A stretch of DNA of 28,473 nucleotides from a virus (Duplodnaviria > Caudoviricetes), in the IMG/VR virus record IMGVR_UViG_3300017912_001846, positions 1 to 28,473 of that record; one strand, written 5' to 3'. Numbering within the stretch: the first letter of the stretch is position 1; every line of letters begins with the position of its first letter. The position numbers were made by a program, and so were the translations under genes. Shown one piece after another: positions 8,416 to 17,995 of the stretch. The notes below the pieces were generated by a model, which worked only from the letters and a program-made list of their open reading frames with translations, had not been told where the DNA came from and did not search any database.

Positions 8416-10056
8416 CTATAGAGCAGCCGGATCGATTAGGAGGAGCGTCAAGGCGCGAGACTCGTCAGCGCGCGTTTCGATCTGCGAGACAATAGCGCGA
8501 GCGGCTGAGAGGCTAAGGTCGCTGTCGGTGATTTCTACCGCCGCGCCCTCCTCAATCTGCGTTCGCTCTCGATTGTCGATGTATGTGATCTCGCGTGCTG
8601 GCAACGCTCGCATGATGGCTTGATCGTAGGCAACAGCAGAAGCCGTTGCGGAGTCCCAGACAGCGTCAAGCTCGATTCGGTCTGCGCTGCTGTTCTGGAG
8701 TTCAGGCCGAGTCTGGACAGCGCGCGCGCGACTGATCCGGCAGGCAAGATTCGTCGCTGTGTCTGCATTGCTGGCGATGCGCGGATCGCCTGTCAGCAAG
8801 AACTGCGCATTTGACTTGCGGGTCACATCGATCGCGTAGGCAATGCGAAACTCGTTAGCGAGACTGCCGTGCAACGTCGAGCGGGTCCGAATGCGTCCTT
8901 CTCGGACGAGGTCGCCTCTCTGAACGTCGTACGAATACTCTACAGGTCCGTCGACAGCCTGTCGCCAAGCAACCGGATAGAGCCCGTCAGGACCGTTGCG
9001 AATCGACACGGGCAATGCTGGCAGGATGCGCGTACGAATAAGCTCCCATGCATTAATGGGTTCAAGCACAGCGAAGTCGAGTTTGCGACCGCGCAACAAG
9101 TCGAGGGTCGCTGTTGTGCGTCCTCGGTCGACGCGTAGGTTCGATCGGTTGAAGAGGTAGCGGAGGACGTCGCCAGCGTCCCGCATGACATTAGTTTCGG
9201 TGCTGTTGTAGCGACCGCCTCCTTGTCCGTCGTAGCCCCACGACACGACATAGGTGGAGTCTTCGTCGAACTTCGCATCGCTTCCGCTGCTTCCATGCGG
9301 CAATTGAACCTGAGCAACAGTTCGACCTCTGCCGTCTGTTGTGTGCGCTACAGCAAGGGTATCCCATGTTCCGCTCGGCAGCGCCTTCGCATCAATGACT
9401 TCGACGTGCGTTGCCTGCACTCGATGACCGGCGATCAGCAGATAGCGGTTAGACGGGTCTTTATCGACAATCAGACCGCGCGTACCAGGAAACCTCGTTC
9501 CGCCGGACCCTGCTCCAGGCTGACCGAATACTTCGGGATACGACTCTCCGAGTGCCTCGTTGCTTGCGTTCGGCCATGTCGTGCTATCGACAATCGCATC
9601 ACCATCTGGAATCATGGTGCGGTCTTCAAACGGATGCGACTTCAGGGTGAACGAGCAGGCTTCTCCGAGCGCTCCGTACATCGGCTTGTGAACGATGCCT
9701 GAGACAAGCTGTCGCCGCTTGTCCCAGGTCGTCCCGCTCACCCACTGAGACAACTCGCCATAAGCCATGCCGAGGTCGCGACCGAGGCTATACTCCTCAG
9801 CCCAATCGATTGACTTCGTAGCTAACTCTAAGGAGACAGAGCGCAGCGGAACGTCGGTGCTGCCGAGCTTGATAGCTTCTGTCCAGCGTGCTTCGTTCAT
9901 CATCGCTGCTTCAGCCTGGATGAGCGTGCCGTCATCTCGCACGATGTCGAGCGCGTCGATGCTGAAGTAGCGGACTGTCCCGCCGAAATGCAATTCCAGG
10001 ACGGGATAGATTAGACCGTCTCGCAGGTCAACAGGGCTATGACGGTCGCTCGGCAT
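8416..10056 (-). CDS. Putative baseplate hub / tail-tip protein, 546 aa
   Basis: Second gene after the tape measure. 'YPEVFGQPG' and C-terminal 'IEEGAAVEITDSDLSL...IVSQI' resemble hub proteins. Confidence 0.6.
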   Translation of the reverse strand: MPSDRHSPVDLRDGLIYPVLELHFGGTVRYFSIDALDIVRDDGTLIQAEAAMMNEARWTEAIKLGSTDVPLRSVSLELATKSIDWAEEYSLGRDLGMAYGELSQWVSGTTWDKRRQLVSGIVHKPMYGALGEACSFTLKSHPFEDRTMIPDGDAIVDSTTWPNASNEALGESYPEVFGQPGAGSGGTRFPGTRGLIVDKDPSNRYLLIAGHRVQATHVEVIDAKALPSGTWDTLAVAHTTDGRGRTVAQVQLPHGSSGSDAKFDEDSTYVVSWGYDGQGGGRYNSTETNVMRDAGDVLRYLFNRSNLRVDRGRTTATLDLLRGRKLDFAVLEPINAWELIRTRILPALPVSIRNGPDGLYPVAWRQAVDGPVEYSYDVQRGDLVREGRIRTRSTLHGSLANEFRIAYAIDVTRKSNAQFLLTGDPRIASNADTATNLACRISRARAVQTRPELQNSSADRIELDAVWDSATASAVAYDQAIMRALPAREITYIDNRERTQIEEGAAVEITDSDLSLSAARAIVSQIETRADESRALTLLLIDPAAL

Positions 10057-10060
10057 TGCC

Positions 10061-13000
10061 TCAAAGTTCCTCTTCGATGGTCACCGTGCCGATTCGCAAA
10101 ACCTCACCCAGCCCTTCGTCTCCGACGACGTTCTCCAGCCGAGAAGCAGTTACGATCCGACCGTACAACGACTCGTGGAGGTGCAGATGATGCAGGGTGT
10201 CAGGAGTCCCGCGCGGAACCGTCGGCAGATACACCACCGGACGGTTACTGCCGTTTAGTTCATCAACGAGGGCATCCATCTTGAATGCGGTGTCAAACGG
10301 CGTAGCAATCGGTTCAGCGCCGCCAGTCGTCGTTCCTGTGAGGTAGTCGGGCACCGGATTCGTTGTCGGCGGATTAGGGAAGATCGAATAGCTGTCAACG
10401 CCTTCTCGCCAAGCGACCTGAACAGACCTGCGAGAACCGCCTTCTCGACGACTTACGCGGGAGCCGTTGCGACGTGTGGTGAGCGTCGTGTTCGGTTGTC
10501 TCGACAGGACGCGACCTCGACTGTACTGCTTGCCGAAGATGGCAATCGGTCCCAACAACGCCTGACCGATTTCGAAGTAGCCGTCTGCTGTCGTCTGCGC
10601 GTTGATACGCAAGCGAAGCCAGCGGTACTCGCGGACGACATTGTGGAGGATGATAAGCAGGCGAGGAGACCACAACTCCAGGGTGCCGGATGCGTCTTCC
10701 GTGCCGTCCATGGTGTCGCAGAAGAACTCAGGACGAACCGTTGTCTCGTCGGTGTACGAGCCTCCAGTATGTCGCGTGATGCGGCGATACTTGTTCGTGT
10801 CGAGGGCAAGCGTTCCGCCTGCGAACTCGTTGCGCGCGATGTAGTGATCAGCGTCGGTGCTGGTGCCAGTGTTGACCTTGATGACATCACCGACGCGGGT
10901 GTACGCGAGTCCGGTCTTCCCGTGTGCTGCGTCGAAGGACATCAGCGTCGTCGCGCTGCCGCTGTGAGTGATGCCTGACAAGCTGCCTGTGCGGAAGTTG
11001 ATGCCAGCCAGATACAGCGCCCAAGTCGTCGAGCCGAGACGCGTGTCGGCACCACTCAGCCCGCTGACATCCCAGACGATGTCGTGCTGTGTCTCGTCAG
11101 TGCTTCGCCACTTGCGAGCAGGAGAAGGAGACACAGCCGGGTCGATGGCTTCGACCGGGTACTGGTACGCGGTGTCGATGTTCCAGACTTCGCCTTCGTA
11201 ACAGGGCCCGTCTACAGCAGCGACCTTCACTCCGTTGTCGATGCCAATCGGGAACCGGCTGATTGGACGAGGGAATTGTGGCTTCCCTGCTGCCCAGCCT
11301 CCGCGTCGCAGAGCAGCGACGAGTGATGTGCGCGCCTGCATGAGCAGCCATGTCACATCGGTCGCAGCTTGATTTGGTGCGCCGAACTCCAGGACAGGAG
11401 CATACGAGCCGCTACCGGTTTGCAGCGTCGATGTCGTTGGTCCGACAGTCCAGGTACGCTTCGTCAGGCTCTTCGTTCCGATCAGTCGGTAGAACACGCG
11501 CACGATCCCGTCGTTGTTTCCTGCTCCGGTCGGGCTGCGAATACCGACGCGGACTTCGACGCCCGCTGTCATGTCTACCGTGACATCGCCAATGGTGCTG
11601 CCAGCGTTGACATCTACAACGCGGAAGCCAGTGGTCGTCATGTTGAAGCGTACGCGAAATCGCTCGTTAGCGTCTCCGTGCGTGATTGCGACGTTGATGT
11701 TGTCGTTCGACAGCGACCCACCGGACGCAACAGTCACCGCAAAATGAACGTCGAACGGACACTCAACCTTCGCTGTGTTCAGCGCCCATGAACAATTGTC
11801 TGTCCAATAGAGGCTACTGGAGCTAGCTGCTGTCTGGACTCGGTAACCAGATGTCGTAAACGTCTCGGTCGGCGTACCAGTCTTCGTCTCGGAAACAGAG
11901 GAAGAATAGCTTGGCGTCTCGAAGGGGAGCCACGCCTTCCCCATCGCAGCGCGATTTGAGATTCCGCGCTCAGCGTCAGTGTCGGACGGCATAGTCACAT
12001 TGCTGCTGCCGCCTAAATAGGTGCATCCGAGGCTATCGGTGTCGATGGTGCTGCTTCCCGCGCTATCGAACTTGGAGATGAGGAGCGCCCGACCTTCCAG
12101 GAACGTAGCGGTCTGATGATCTCGGTTGATGTTGAGATTGCCGCTTGCAGGCTGGTTGTACGGTCCATTGTAGTCCTCATCGATGAAGACCATGCGGGCC
12201 CATGTGCCGCCTTCGTCAGTGCTGACGCTTGCCCTGTATTGCGTACCGCTCGACGCGCCGAACATGTACCATACACCGTCTTCGTCAATGAAGCCGATTT
12301 GACCTGTGACACCACCGATAGTCGCAACGGCAGTCACTCCTGTCAGATCCTCGTATGCGGAACCGATGTCGCGTGTTTTCTCTCCAGCCGATTCAGTCAA
12401 GACTACCTGAAACCCGCCGCCCTGCTTTGGGTAGATGATCGGGAATGTCGCGTCGGGGTTCCCTGCTGCTGTGCTCCATTGCTTGACGGTTGTGAACGTC
12501 GCACCATTGTCGTCGCTTGCTAGCTGAACGGGCTCGTTGTTGCCGCTGGTGTCGACTAGCGCGGAGATCATGAGGATCTGACCGTTGCTGTACCCAACAT
12601 GAAGCGGCGCGATGGTGTACGTGCTGGTCGAGATGCTGTCTACGAGGGCGAAGCTGCTAGCGACAGACCATGTGTCGCCGCTGTCCGTTGAGCGTTGCAC
12701 AGCGACCTGAGCCGTCGAGGTCGAGGTGTCGACAACCCAATAGAACAGCAGAATCGTTCCGTCTGGGAGTTCAAGCAACGCTGGATAGAGCTTGTCGTGC
12801 TGAACCGCAGGAGTGATTGTCGCTTCGGTTGTCCAGGAGCCTCCAGGCACCAACGACTTGACGGTGATGACGTCGTCGGCATTGCCGGTCAAGGCTGAGC
12901 GATAAGCGAGAAGAACCTTGTTCGTCTTCAGCGTGATCGCTGTTGGGCTGCCGATCTCCGTTGTGTTCAGGTTCGGGATCTGGGCAATCCATTCGAAGCC

Positions 13001-13330
13001 TGTGATCACGTTGTAGCAATCCCACGCCTGCACATCGCTGTCGCCCTGGTCGTACCAATACAAGCCGCCGCCGACTCCATCGAGGGATGGATAGCCGCCC
13101 CGTGCAGCCTTGATGCGAAGCTGCTTGTTCGCTGACTGTTGTCCAGTGACGTTGAACGTCATGTTCGAACGTGGAGAGTCCTGCGACAGCGCGACGCCTG
13201 GGATCGGCCCTGCTTGCGTGTAGTCGCTCGGCGCTGTGGAATCGTCAGTCGCTGTGATAGCGCTCGTCTTGATGCGCTCGTCGTGGATGAGTAGCCCACG
13301 GTATGCGCTAGGGCTGATGTCGCTGGCCAT
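10061..13330 (-). CDS. Large minor tail protein with BNR/Asp-box repeats and probable C-terminal distal-tail-like domain, 1089 aa
   Basis: Asp-boxes STDSGDTW, SDDNGATF and STDEGGTW. Immediately follows the tape measure. Confidence 0.7.
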   Translation of the reverse strand: MASDISPSAYRGLLIHDERIKTSAITATDDSTAPSDYTQAGPIPGVALSQDSPRSNMTFNVTGQQSANKQLRIKAARGGYPSLDGVGGGLYWYDQGDSDVQAWDCYNVITGFEWIAQIPNLNTTEIGSPTAITLKTNKVLLAYRSALTGNADDVITVKSLVPGGSWTTEATITPAVQHDKLYPALLELPDGTILLFYWVVDTSTSTAQVAVQRSTDSGDTWSVASSFALVDSISTSTYTIAPLHVGYSNGQILMISALVDTSGNNEPVQLASDDNGATFTTVKQWSTAAGNPDATFPIIYPKQGGGFQVVLTESAGEKTRDIGSAYEDLTGVTAVATIGGVTGQIGFIDEDGVWYMFGASSGTQYRASVSTDEGGTWARMVFIDEDYNGPYNQPASGNLNINRDHQTATFLEGRALLISKFDSAGSSTIDTDSLGCTYLGGSSNVTMPSDTDAERGISNRAAMGKAWLPFETPSYSSSVSETKTGTPTETFTTSGYRVQTAASSSSLYWTDNCSWALNTAKVECPFDVHFAVTVASGGSLSNDNINVAITHGDANERFRVRFNMTTTGFRVVDVNAGSTIGDVTVDMTAGVEVRVGIRSPTGAGNNDGIVRVFYRLIGTKSLTKRTWTVGPTTSTLQTGSGSYAPVLEFGAPNQAATDVTWLLMQARTSLVAALRRGGWAAGKPQFPRPISRFPIGIDNGVKVAAVDGPCYEGEVWNIDTAYQYPVEAIDPAVSPSPARKWRSTDETQHDIVWDVSGLSGADTRLGSTTWALYLAGINFRTGSLSGITHSGSATTLMSFDAAHGKTGLAYTRVGDVIKVNTGTSTDADHYIARNEFAGGTLALDTNKYRRITRHTGGSYTDETTVRPEFFCDTMDGTEDASGTLELWSPRLLIILHNVVREYRWLRLRINAQTTADGYFEIGQALLGPIAIFGKQYSRGRVLSRQPNTTLTTRRNGSRVSRREGGSRRSVQVAWREGVDSYSIFPNPPTTNPVPDYLTGTTTGGAEPIATPFDTAFKMDALVDELNGSNRPVVYLPTVPRGTPDTLHHLHLHESLYGRIVTASRLENVVGDEGLGEVLRIGTVTIEEEL

Positions 13331-13332
13331 GT

Positions 13333-15222
13333 CTACCTCCGAATCCGAGTAGCGACACTCGGGCGAGCAGCGTCGTCGATTCGCTTCCGCAGAGTACCGC
13401 CTCCAGCAGCAAGGAAGTCGTCCATCGCTGGTTCAAGCACCTCGTGTTCGTACACAGGTACTGCAACGACCACCGGCTCAGGAGTTGCTCCCAAGTTGTT
13501 GAGCGCATCTACACCTTGTGGTCCGAGTGCCTCGGTCGCCTGACGATTCAGGATTGCCTCGCCTGACTGCACTCCGACAGCCTGATGATCGACGCTCATC
13601 TGCGGGACGATACCCCCTACCGGGAACTCAGGAAGCGGCGTCATCGCGGCACCGGCAATGGATGTCGCTCCGATGGCTGCTGCTGATGCGAAGCCAGCGA
13701 TACCAGCGATGTTCGGCGGCACAGGAGGACCATTCGTCGCAACGCTCTTGACGAGAGCGAGTGCAGCGTTGGCGATAGCTCCAGTGACCGCGAGCCCCTT
13801 CTGAATTTTTGCAGCACGACGCGCAAGCCTGCGACCTGCTTTCGTTTCAAGATCAAGGTTGTTGATCCGACGCTCCAGCAACTGGTCCGACATGTTTAGC
13901 AGCGCGTCCGTCGCCATGCCTGCGAGGTCGATTTTCATCTTCTGCTCGGCTTCAGCTTGTGCAATCGCTTCGTCGAATGCTGCTTCCAGACGCTGCTTCG
14001 TATCTTCAGCGCTGGCTTCTGCTGCTTCTGTCTCTTTCGCGCGCTCCTCCTCCATCCAAGACAGTCGCTCGTTGTGATGACCGAGGCGGATGGCATGCAG
14101 CGCGTCGTCAGCTTGCGCCTGGATCTCCACGTTGTCGGTGTACTGGCTGGCGAGGTCTTCGACCTGTGTTGTCAGGGCCTCGTACTTCGCGTCGATGGCG
14201 TCGAGCCCGGTCAGTTGCTCGTTGACCATCTTCTGTTCGATGCCTGACAACTGCTTCAGCGCGCGTTCGACCTCACGGAGCTTCGCAAGGTTGTTGTTGC
14301 GAGCGCTGCTTTCAGTCTTGACGGTCTTGACCGCTTCTTTCCGGACAGCCTGTTCGCCTTCAAGAGCGATAGCTGTGTCGTCGATAGTGTTGTTGAGGTT
14401 CTTCTGCTGCTTGCGCAAGCCTTCCAGTTGATTGTCGAGGCTCTCGGTCGTCGCGCTGTTCTCAGCGATCAGGAAGTTCCAAGCCGGGAACACGCGAATC
14501 AGTTGCAAGAACTGATGAGTCAGGGTGTCCACCTCTTCGCGTAGCTCTCGGTTCTTTGTGATCTGCTCGTCCAGGGAGTCAGCAGTCGTGGCGAAGATGC
14601 CTTCGGCCTGCTCCATCGCTTGAATGCGACTCAACTGCGCTGCTGCTTCTTCGTCAGTCGCAGCCCGCACGGCCAGCATTGCCTTCTCATGCTCCCGGTT
14701 AACCTTCGTTGCCTGCTCCGCTCGGAGGGCTGCCTCCTCCATGCGTTCGTTGGCTTCGTCGAGTTGCTTGTTCAACTGCTCGTAGATTGCGACCAGCAAA
14801 CCGACAGCCGCCAGCAAGCCTGTCGCGCCGAGCGCGAGCGTTGCCCCGCCTCCTGCCTGACTGAGTCCTTCGGTGCCGTCTGCAAGTCGCTGAACGGAGT
14901 CGAGGGCTCCTTCCAATTCCGGCGACAGGAGACCGACCGCTGACTTCATCTTGCCGAGGCTTGATGCTGCCTCCCCGGACTGCTTCTTCAGTTGTTCGGT
15001 GCCCTTGCTGGCGTCTTCGGCTGCCTTCTTCGCGCGCTTCAGTTGCGAGGTGTTGACTCCAAGTTGCTTCGCCTCAGCCTTGATAGCGTCGTCGGCGTCC
15101 TTGAACTCTTTCGCCAACGCTTCGACAGACTTGCTGACATCTCGGTTCGCCTTCTGAGCCTGCTTGGCAGCCGCGACGAGGTCGCTGCTGTCTCCGACAT
15201 AGTTGATGACGACGTCGCTCAT
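13333..15222 (-). CDS. Tail tape measure protein, 629 aa
   Basis: Ala/Leu/Glu/Lys-rich helical protein with two hydrophobic stretches. Has the typical C-terminal 'FPVGG...D...GEAILNRQATEALG...VDALN' motif. Confidence 0.9.
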   Translation of the reverse strand: MSDVVINYVGDSSDLVAAAKQAQKANRDVSKSVEALAKEFKDADDAIKAEAKQLGVNTSQLKRAKKAAEDASKGTEQLKKQSGEAASSLGKMKSAVGLLSPELEGALDSVQRLADGTEGLSQAGGGATLALGATGLLAAVGLLVAIYEQLNKQLDEANERMEEAALRAEQATKVNREHEKAMLAVRAATDEEAAAQLSRIQAMEQAEGIFATTADSLDEQITKNRELREEVDTLTHQFLQLIRVFPAWNFLIAENSATTESLDNQLEGLRKQQKNLNNTIDDTAIALEGEQAVRKEAVKTVKTESSARNNNLAKLREVERALKQLSGIEQKMVNEQLTGLDAIDAKYEALTTQVEDLASQYTDNVEIQAQADDALHAIRLGHHNERLSWMEEERAKETEAAEASAEDTKQRLEAAFDEAIAQAEAEQKMKIDLAGMATDALLNMSDQLLERRINNLDLETKAGRRLARRAAKIQKGLAVTGAIANAALALVKSVATNGPPVPPNIAGIAGFASAAAIGATSIAGAAMTPLPEFPVGGIVPQMSVDHQAVGVQSGEAILNRQATEALGPQGVDALNNLGATPEPVVVAVPVYEHEVLEPAMDDFLAAGGGTLRKRIDDAARPSVATRIRR

Positions 15223-15274
15223 GCCTGTCTCCTGTCCTTAGGCGGCTGCCTATCCTGCCTGCCGTTCAAAGGGT

Positions 15275-15757
15275 CTACAACTCCAGACGAAGCGTCTCAG
15301 ACGGACCGTCGCCGCTCCTGGGTCGAGGCTCCTCAACAGGGCCCGCAGCAGAGCGCGCAATCTCGTCGCTCAGATCCTGCGCGAGGCTCGGGAGTTGTTC
15401 AGCGATGAACTCGTCAGTCACGACCTCCCACTCCGGTCGGCTTGCGCCGCTGCGAGTCACGAAGCTCACATAGGCGTTCGTTCCGGTGCGGTAGTCGCGC
15501 GCCTTGTTCTCGACAGTCAGTACCGTGCCTTCGGCAGTTGTCTGAACCTGTGTCGTCCAGGCATCGTAAGACACCAGCCGAGGGTCGCCAGGAGGTCGGC
15601 CCTCGTATCGCCAGCCTGTCCACCGATCCTGGTAGAAGTCCAGCACGCGAGACTCCCAATTCGTAAACACGCGACGTTCGGCATCGTTGAGCCGACGCTG
15701 GATGTTCGGAATGTCGAAGTCTACGTCGCGAATGACGACTCCCATTGCTGCGCTCAT
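15275..15757 (-). CDS. Possible divergent HK97 gp10-like tail component, 160 aa
   Basis: Shares size and the W...S..aW...N...Yv.[wf] pattern with the upstream gene. ATGA-coupled. Confidence 0.45.
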   Translation of the reverse strand: MSAAMGVVIRDVDFDIPNIQRRLNDAERRVFTNWESRVLDFYQDRWTGWRYEGRPPGDPRLVSYDAWTTQVQTTAEGTVLTVENKARDYRTGTNAYVSFVTRSGASRPEWEVVTDEFIAEQLPSLAQDLSDEIARSAAGPVEEPRPRSGDGPSETLRLEL

Positions 15758-16206
15758 GCCGATCTCCGAAGTTGTAGGATGTCCAGCAGGTCAGCCCCGC
15801 GTTGGATTTCTGCTTCGGTGAGCAGGATCTCCGCGTTCAGTTCAGCGAGCATCGGATCGCGATACTGCGCGATGACGCGAGGGACGAGTCGTCGCCAGAG
15901 GGCTGAGAGTCCCGCCTGCTTCTCTCCAGTGCGACGAATCCATTGCACGTAATAGGTGTCGTTCCACAGCAGGAAGCCGATCCCGCCATCTGGGTTTGTC
16001 CTGGCAGACCCGTACACCTGAGATCGCCAATTGTCTCGGCTTGTGCCTGTGTCTACCGGCCACGCGTCTTCGATAGCTAGCTCCATGCGACGCACCCACT
16101 TTCGCACGATGCGTCGCTCGGTCACTGTCAACTGACGCACGGAGCCGTGATTCCGTCTCAGGAATTGCTCTGTGGAGCGCAGGCGGACAGGAATGCGAAC
16201 CGGCAT
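15754..16206 (-). CDS. HK97 gp10-like tail completion/neck protein, 150 aa
   Basis: 'WPVDTGTSRDNW' and 'NDTYYVQWI' match the PVdTG...N..pYa pattern. Arg-rich. Confidence 0.7.
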   Translation of the reverse strand: MPVRIPVRLRSTEQFLRRNHGSVRQLTVTERRIVRKWVRRMELAIEDAWPVDTGTSRDNWRSQVYGSARTNPDGGIGFLLWNDTYYVQWIRRTGEKQAGLSALWRRLVPRVIAQYRDPMLAELNAEILLTEAEIQRGADLLDILQLRRSA

Positions 16207-16233
16207 GCTGTCAGTCTATCGGCAACGAGCGCA

Positions 16234-16566
16234 CTAATCGAGCCACGACAAGTCAGCAGAAGCGGTGCCGCCCTTGCTGGGCTTCATCTTCGGCACGGTC
16301 GCATTGTGGAGGGCAATCGCATCTCGATGCGTAACTGCAAGCAACGAGTCGCCAGCGACTTCAGGATGCAGGCGAGCCAGCATCGCAGCGATGACTTCGA
16401 CCTGCTCCTCCAGCGGGAGCCCGTAGACAGCAGCCGACGAGCGGAACCATGTCAGACCGGCTTCGATAGTCAGGTAGTCGAGGCGACCTTCTCGGATTCG
16501 CTGGGTTGCTGTGTCGGGGGCGGGCTGGTCTGATCCGTCGGGTCGCCGCCCTCGCCCGAATCGGAA
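16234..16566 (-). CDS. -1 frame extension of the tail assembly chaperone (gpT-like part of a ~258-aa gpGT fusion)
   Basis: 110 open codons with no usable start near the 5' end (FRFGRG...GRLDYLTIEAGLTWFRSSAAVYGLPLEEQVEVIA...LSWLD*). Begins at the slippery run and fills the gap to the next gene. Confidence 0.75.
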   Translation of the reverse strand, partial: FRFGRGRRPDGSDQPAPDTATQRIREGRLDYLTIEAGLTWFRSSAAVYGLPLEEQVEVIAAMLARLHPEVAGDSLLAVTHRDAIALHNATVPKMKPSKGGTASADLSWLD

Positions 16567-17009
16567 AAATCTGCTCGCTCATGCGCCTGCCCGATGATGC
16601 TGAGACGCTTTCGCAGCGCGTCCGTGCAGGCGTTGTACAGCAGCAGCACCTCGCCCAGCGAATAGCCCTGCTCTTGCAACTCGTCGATGACCTCATGCCC
16701 GTAGTTCAGCATCTCGTCGAGGTCTGCTCGCCATCCTGGTTCGGCTACTGCAAGCACGAAGCCGCGATGCCACCAACAACGACCAATGATTGCGCCCATC
16801 CAGGGAGTGATGCGACGCGCCCATCGCAGCCAGTCCTCGCCTTGGTTCTGCGTCGGACAGTTCAGCGCGACCTCTTGCAGGATCGACGCCATCGCCCAGG
16901 ACGGGAAGCGGAAGTGGTGCGCGCCGTGCTGCGGCTTGTCGCCCTTTAGAGTAACTGACCAGTAGCGAGCGTTCTCAGGAATCGTCAGGAGCTTCCTGCG
17001 GGCGTTCAT
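16470..17009 (-). CDS. Tail assembly chaperone (gpG-like), 179 aa
   Basis: GGAGG RBS. Lies between tail tube and tape measure and carries a frameshift signal at '...ADF'. Confidence 0.7.
   Translation of the reverse strand: MNARRKLLTIPENARYWSVTLKGDKPQHGAHHFRFPSWAMASILQEVALNCPTQNQGEDWLRWARRITPWMGAIIGRCWWHRGFVLAVAEPGWRADLDEMLNYGHEVIDELQEQGYSLGEVLLLYNACTDALRKRLSIIGQAHERADFSDSGEGGDPTDQTSPPPTQQPSESEKVASTT
16518..16571 (-). promoter_or_regulatory. Programmed -1 ribosomal frameshift signal with H-type pseudoknot
   Basis: GAUUUUU (16571-16565), 5-nt spacer, stem 1 UCGGG/CCCGA, stem 2 GGGCGG/CCGCCC. Confidence 0.7.
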
Positions 17010-17575
17010 GCGTCTACCTCCCGCCAGTTGTCTCGGACCCAGGACTCCGTATCAGCGTCTTCCGGTGCAGCGTCCACAGCCGCCTCAACGCGATCGAGCG
17101 GTGCGCCAATCGTCAGCGCGAGGTCTGCGATGTTGATGGTCCGCTTCGGAGCTAGCGCAGTCGTGCCGACATGCTCGTCGATCGGTGCCGGGATGCTCCT
17201 CTGCTGTTGTGGCTTGTCGAGGTCTACATGCACGAAGCACCGACCGGGCTTCGCCTTCGTCTCGATGATCTTGACGTTGAGGTCGCGTCCTGCCTGGAGC
17301 AACTCGTATCGCTTCAGCAACCACTTGATTCGCCGAACGTGCTGGAGCGTGAACGGCGGCTTCGGCTGTCCTGCCTCTGTGAACGGCTGACCCTTCAGGC
17401 TGACGAAGTGGACCTTGCCAGGACCGTTCGGATCTGGGTTTGGAATCTCGCGCACGATGCGCTTGAACCCTGGCCAGATGCGGCGCAACTCCGCTTCGAT
17501 AGCGAGGACTTGCTCTCCGTAGACAGGATGCGGCACGAAGTCCAGTTCAGCGATGTCGATAGAGTGGGAGCCCAA
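17006..17575 (-). CDS. Hypothetical protein, 189 aa, C-terminal HTH-like segment
   Basis: TTG start behind GGAGG, 'INIADLALTIGAPLDRVEAAV', ATGA-coupled to the chaperone gene. Confidence 0.65.
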   Translation of the reverse strand: MGSHSIDIAELDFVPHPVYGEQVLAIEAELRRIWPGFKRIVREIPNPDPNGPGKVHFVSLKGQPFTEAGQPKPPFTLQHVRRIKWLLKRYELLQAGRDLNVKIIETKAKPGRCFVHVDLDKPQQQRSIPAPIDEHVGTTALAPKRTINIADLALTIGAPLDRVEAAVDAAPEDADTESWVRDNWREVDA

Positions 17576-17627
17576 AGCAAACCCTCCGATGTGAATGCCT
17601 GCACAACAGGCAGCGAGAGCCTATCGC

Positions 17628-17680
17628 AAAAAAAGTTCGTCGTCTCAGCAATAGACCTGCGGGCCCCGCGTAGACACCAA
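17628..17680 (+). promoter_or_regulatory. Conserved early-type promoter, copy 3
   Basis: A7 (17628-17634), GCAATAG (17648-17654), GCGTAGAC (17668-17675), CAA-rich leader with AGGAG. Confidence 0.7.
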
Positions 17681-17696
17681 CAACACAGGAGCCCTC

Positions 17697-17915
17697 ATGT
17701 CTATGCAAGCCCTCATCGCCAAAGAACGCGCTCGCCTGCAACAGCAGATCGACAGCCTGACTGACAAGATCGACTACCTCTGCGTCGAGATGTCTGACGA
17801 CACTCTCAGCAATGCGGACCGCGCTGACCTCCGCCACGACCTGTACCTCGCGCGCAATCTGCGTCGCACGTCGCGTCGCCTGCTGTCGGAGACGACAAAT
17901 GGGTGGCTCGCATGA
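17697..17915 (+). CDS. Hypothetical helical protein, 72 aa
   Basis: AGGAG RBS after the conserved promoter. Coiled-coil pattern. Confidence 0.75.
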   Translation: MSMQALIAKERARLQQQIDSLTDKIDYLCVEMSDDTLSNADRADLRHDLYLARNLRRTSRRLLSETTNGWLA

Positions 17916-17995
17916 CCTCGGCACTCTTCTTCATCATCGCCCTGCTCTTGATTGTCCTCTGCATCGTCGAGCATCGACGCGAGCAGAATCGATGA
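17912..17995 (+). CDS. 27-aa single-pass membrane microprotein (MTSALFFIIALLLIVLCIVEHRREQNR)
   Basis: Not in the ORF track. ATGA overlaps at both ends. Hydrophobic stretch followed by a charged tail. Confidence 0.7.
   Translation: MTSALFFIIALLLIVLCIVEHRREQNR

Noticed and set aside
17812-17991. Longer 219-aa version of the DenV-like ORF
   Set aside because: The family begins at MNIF, and the upstream part is better explained by the 72-aa and 27-aa coupled ORFs.
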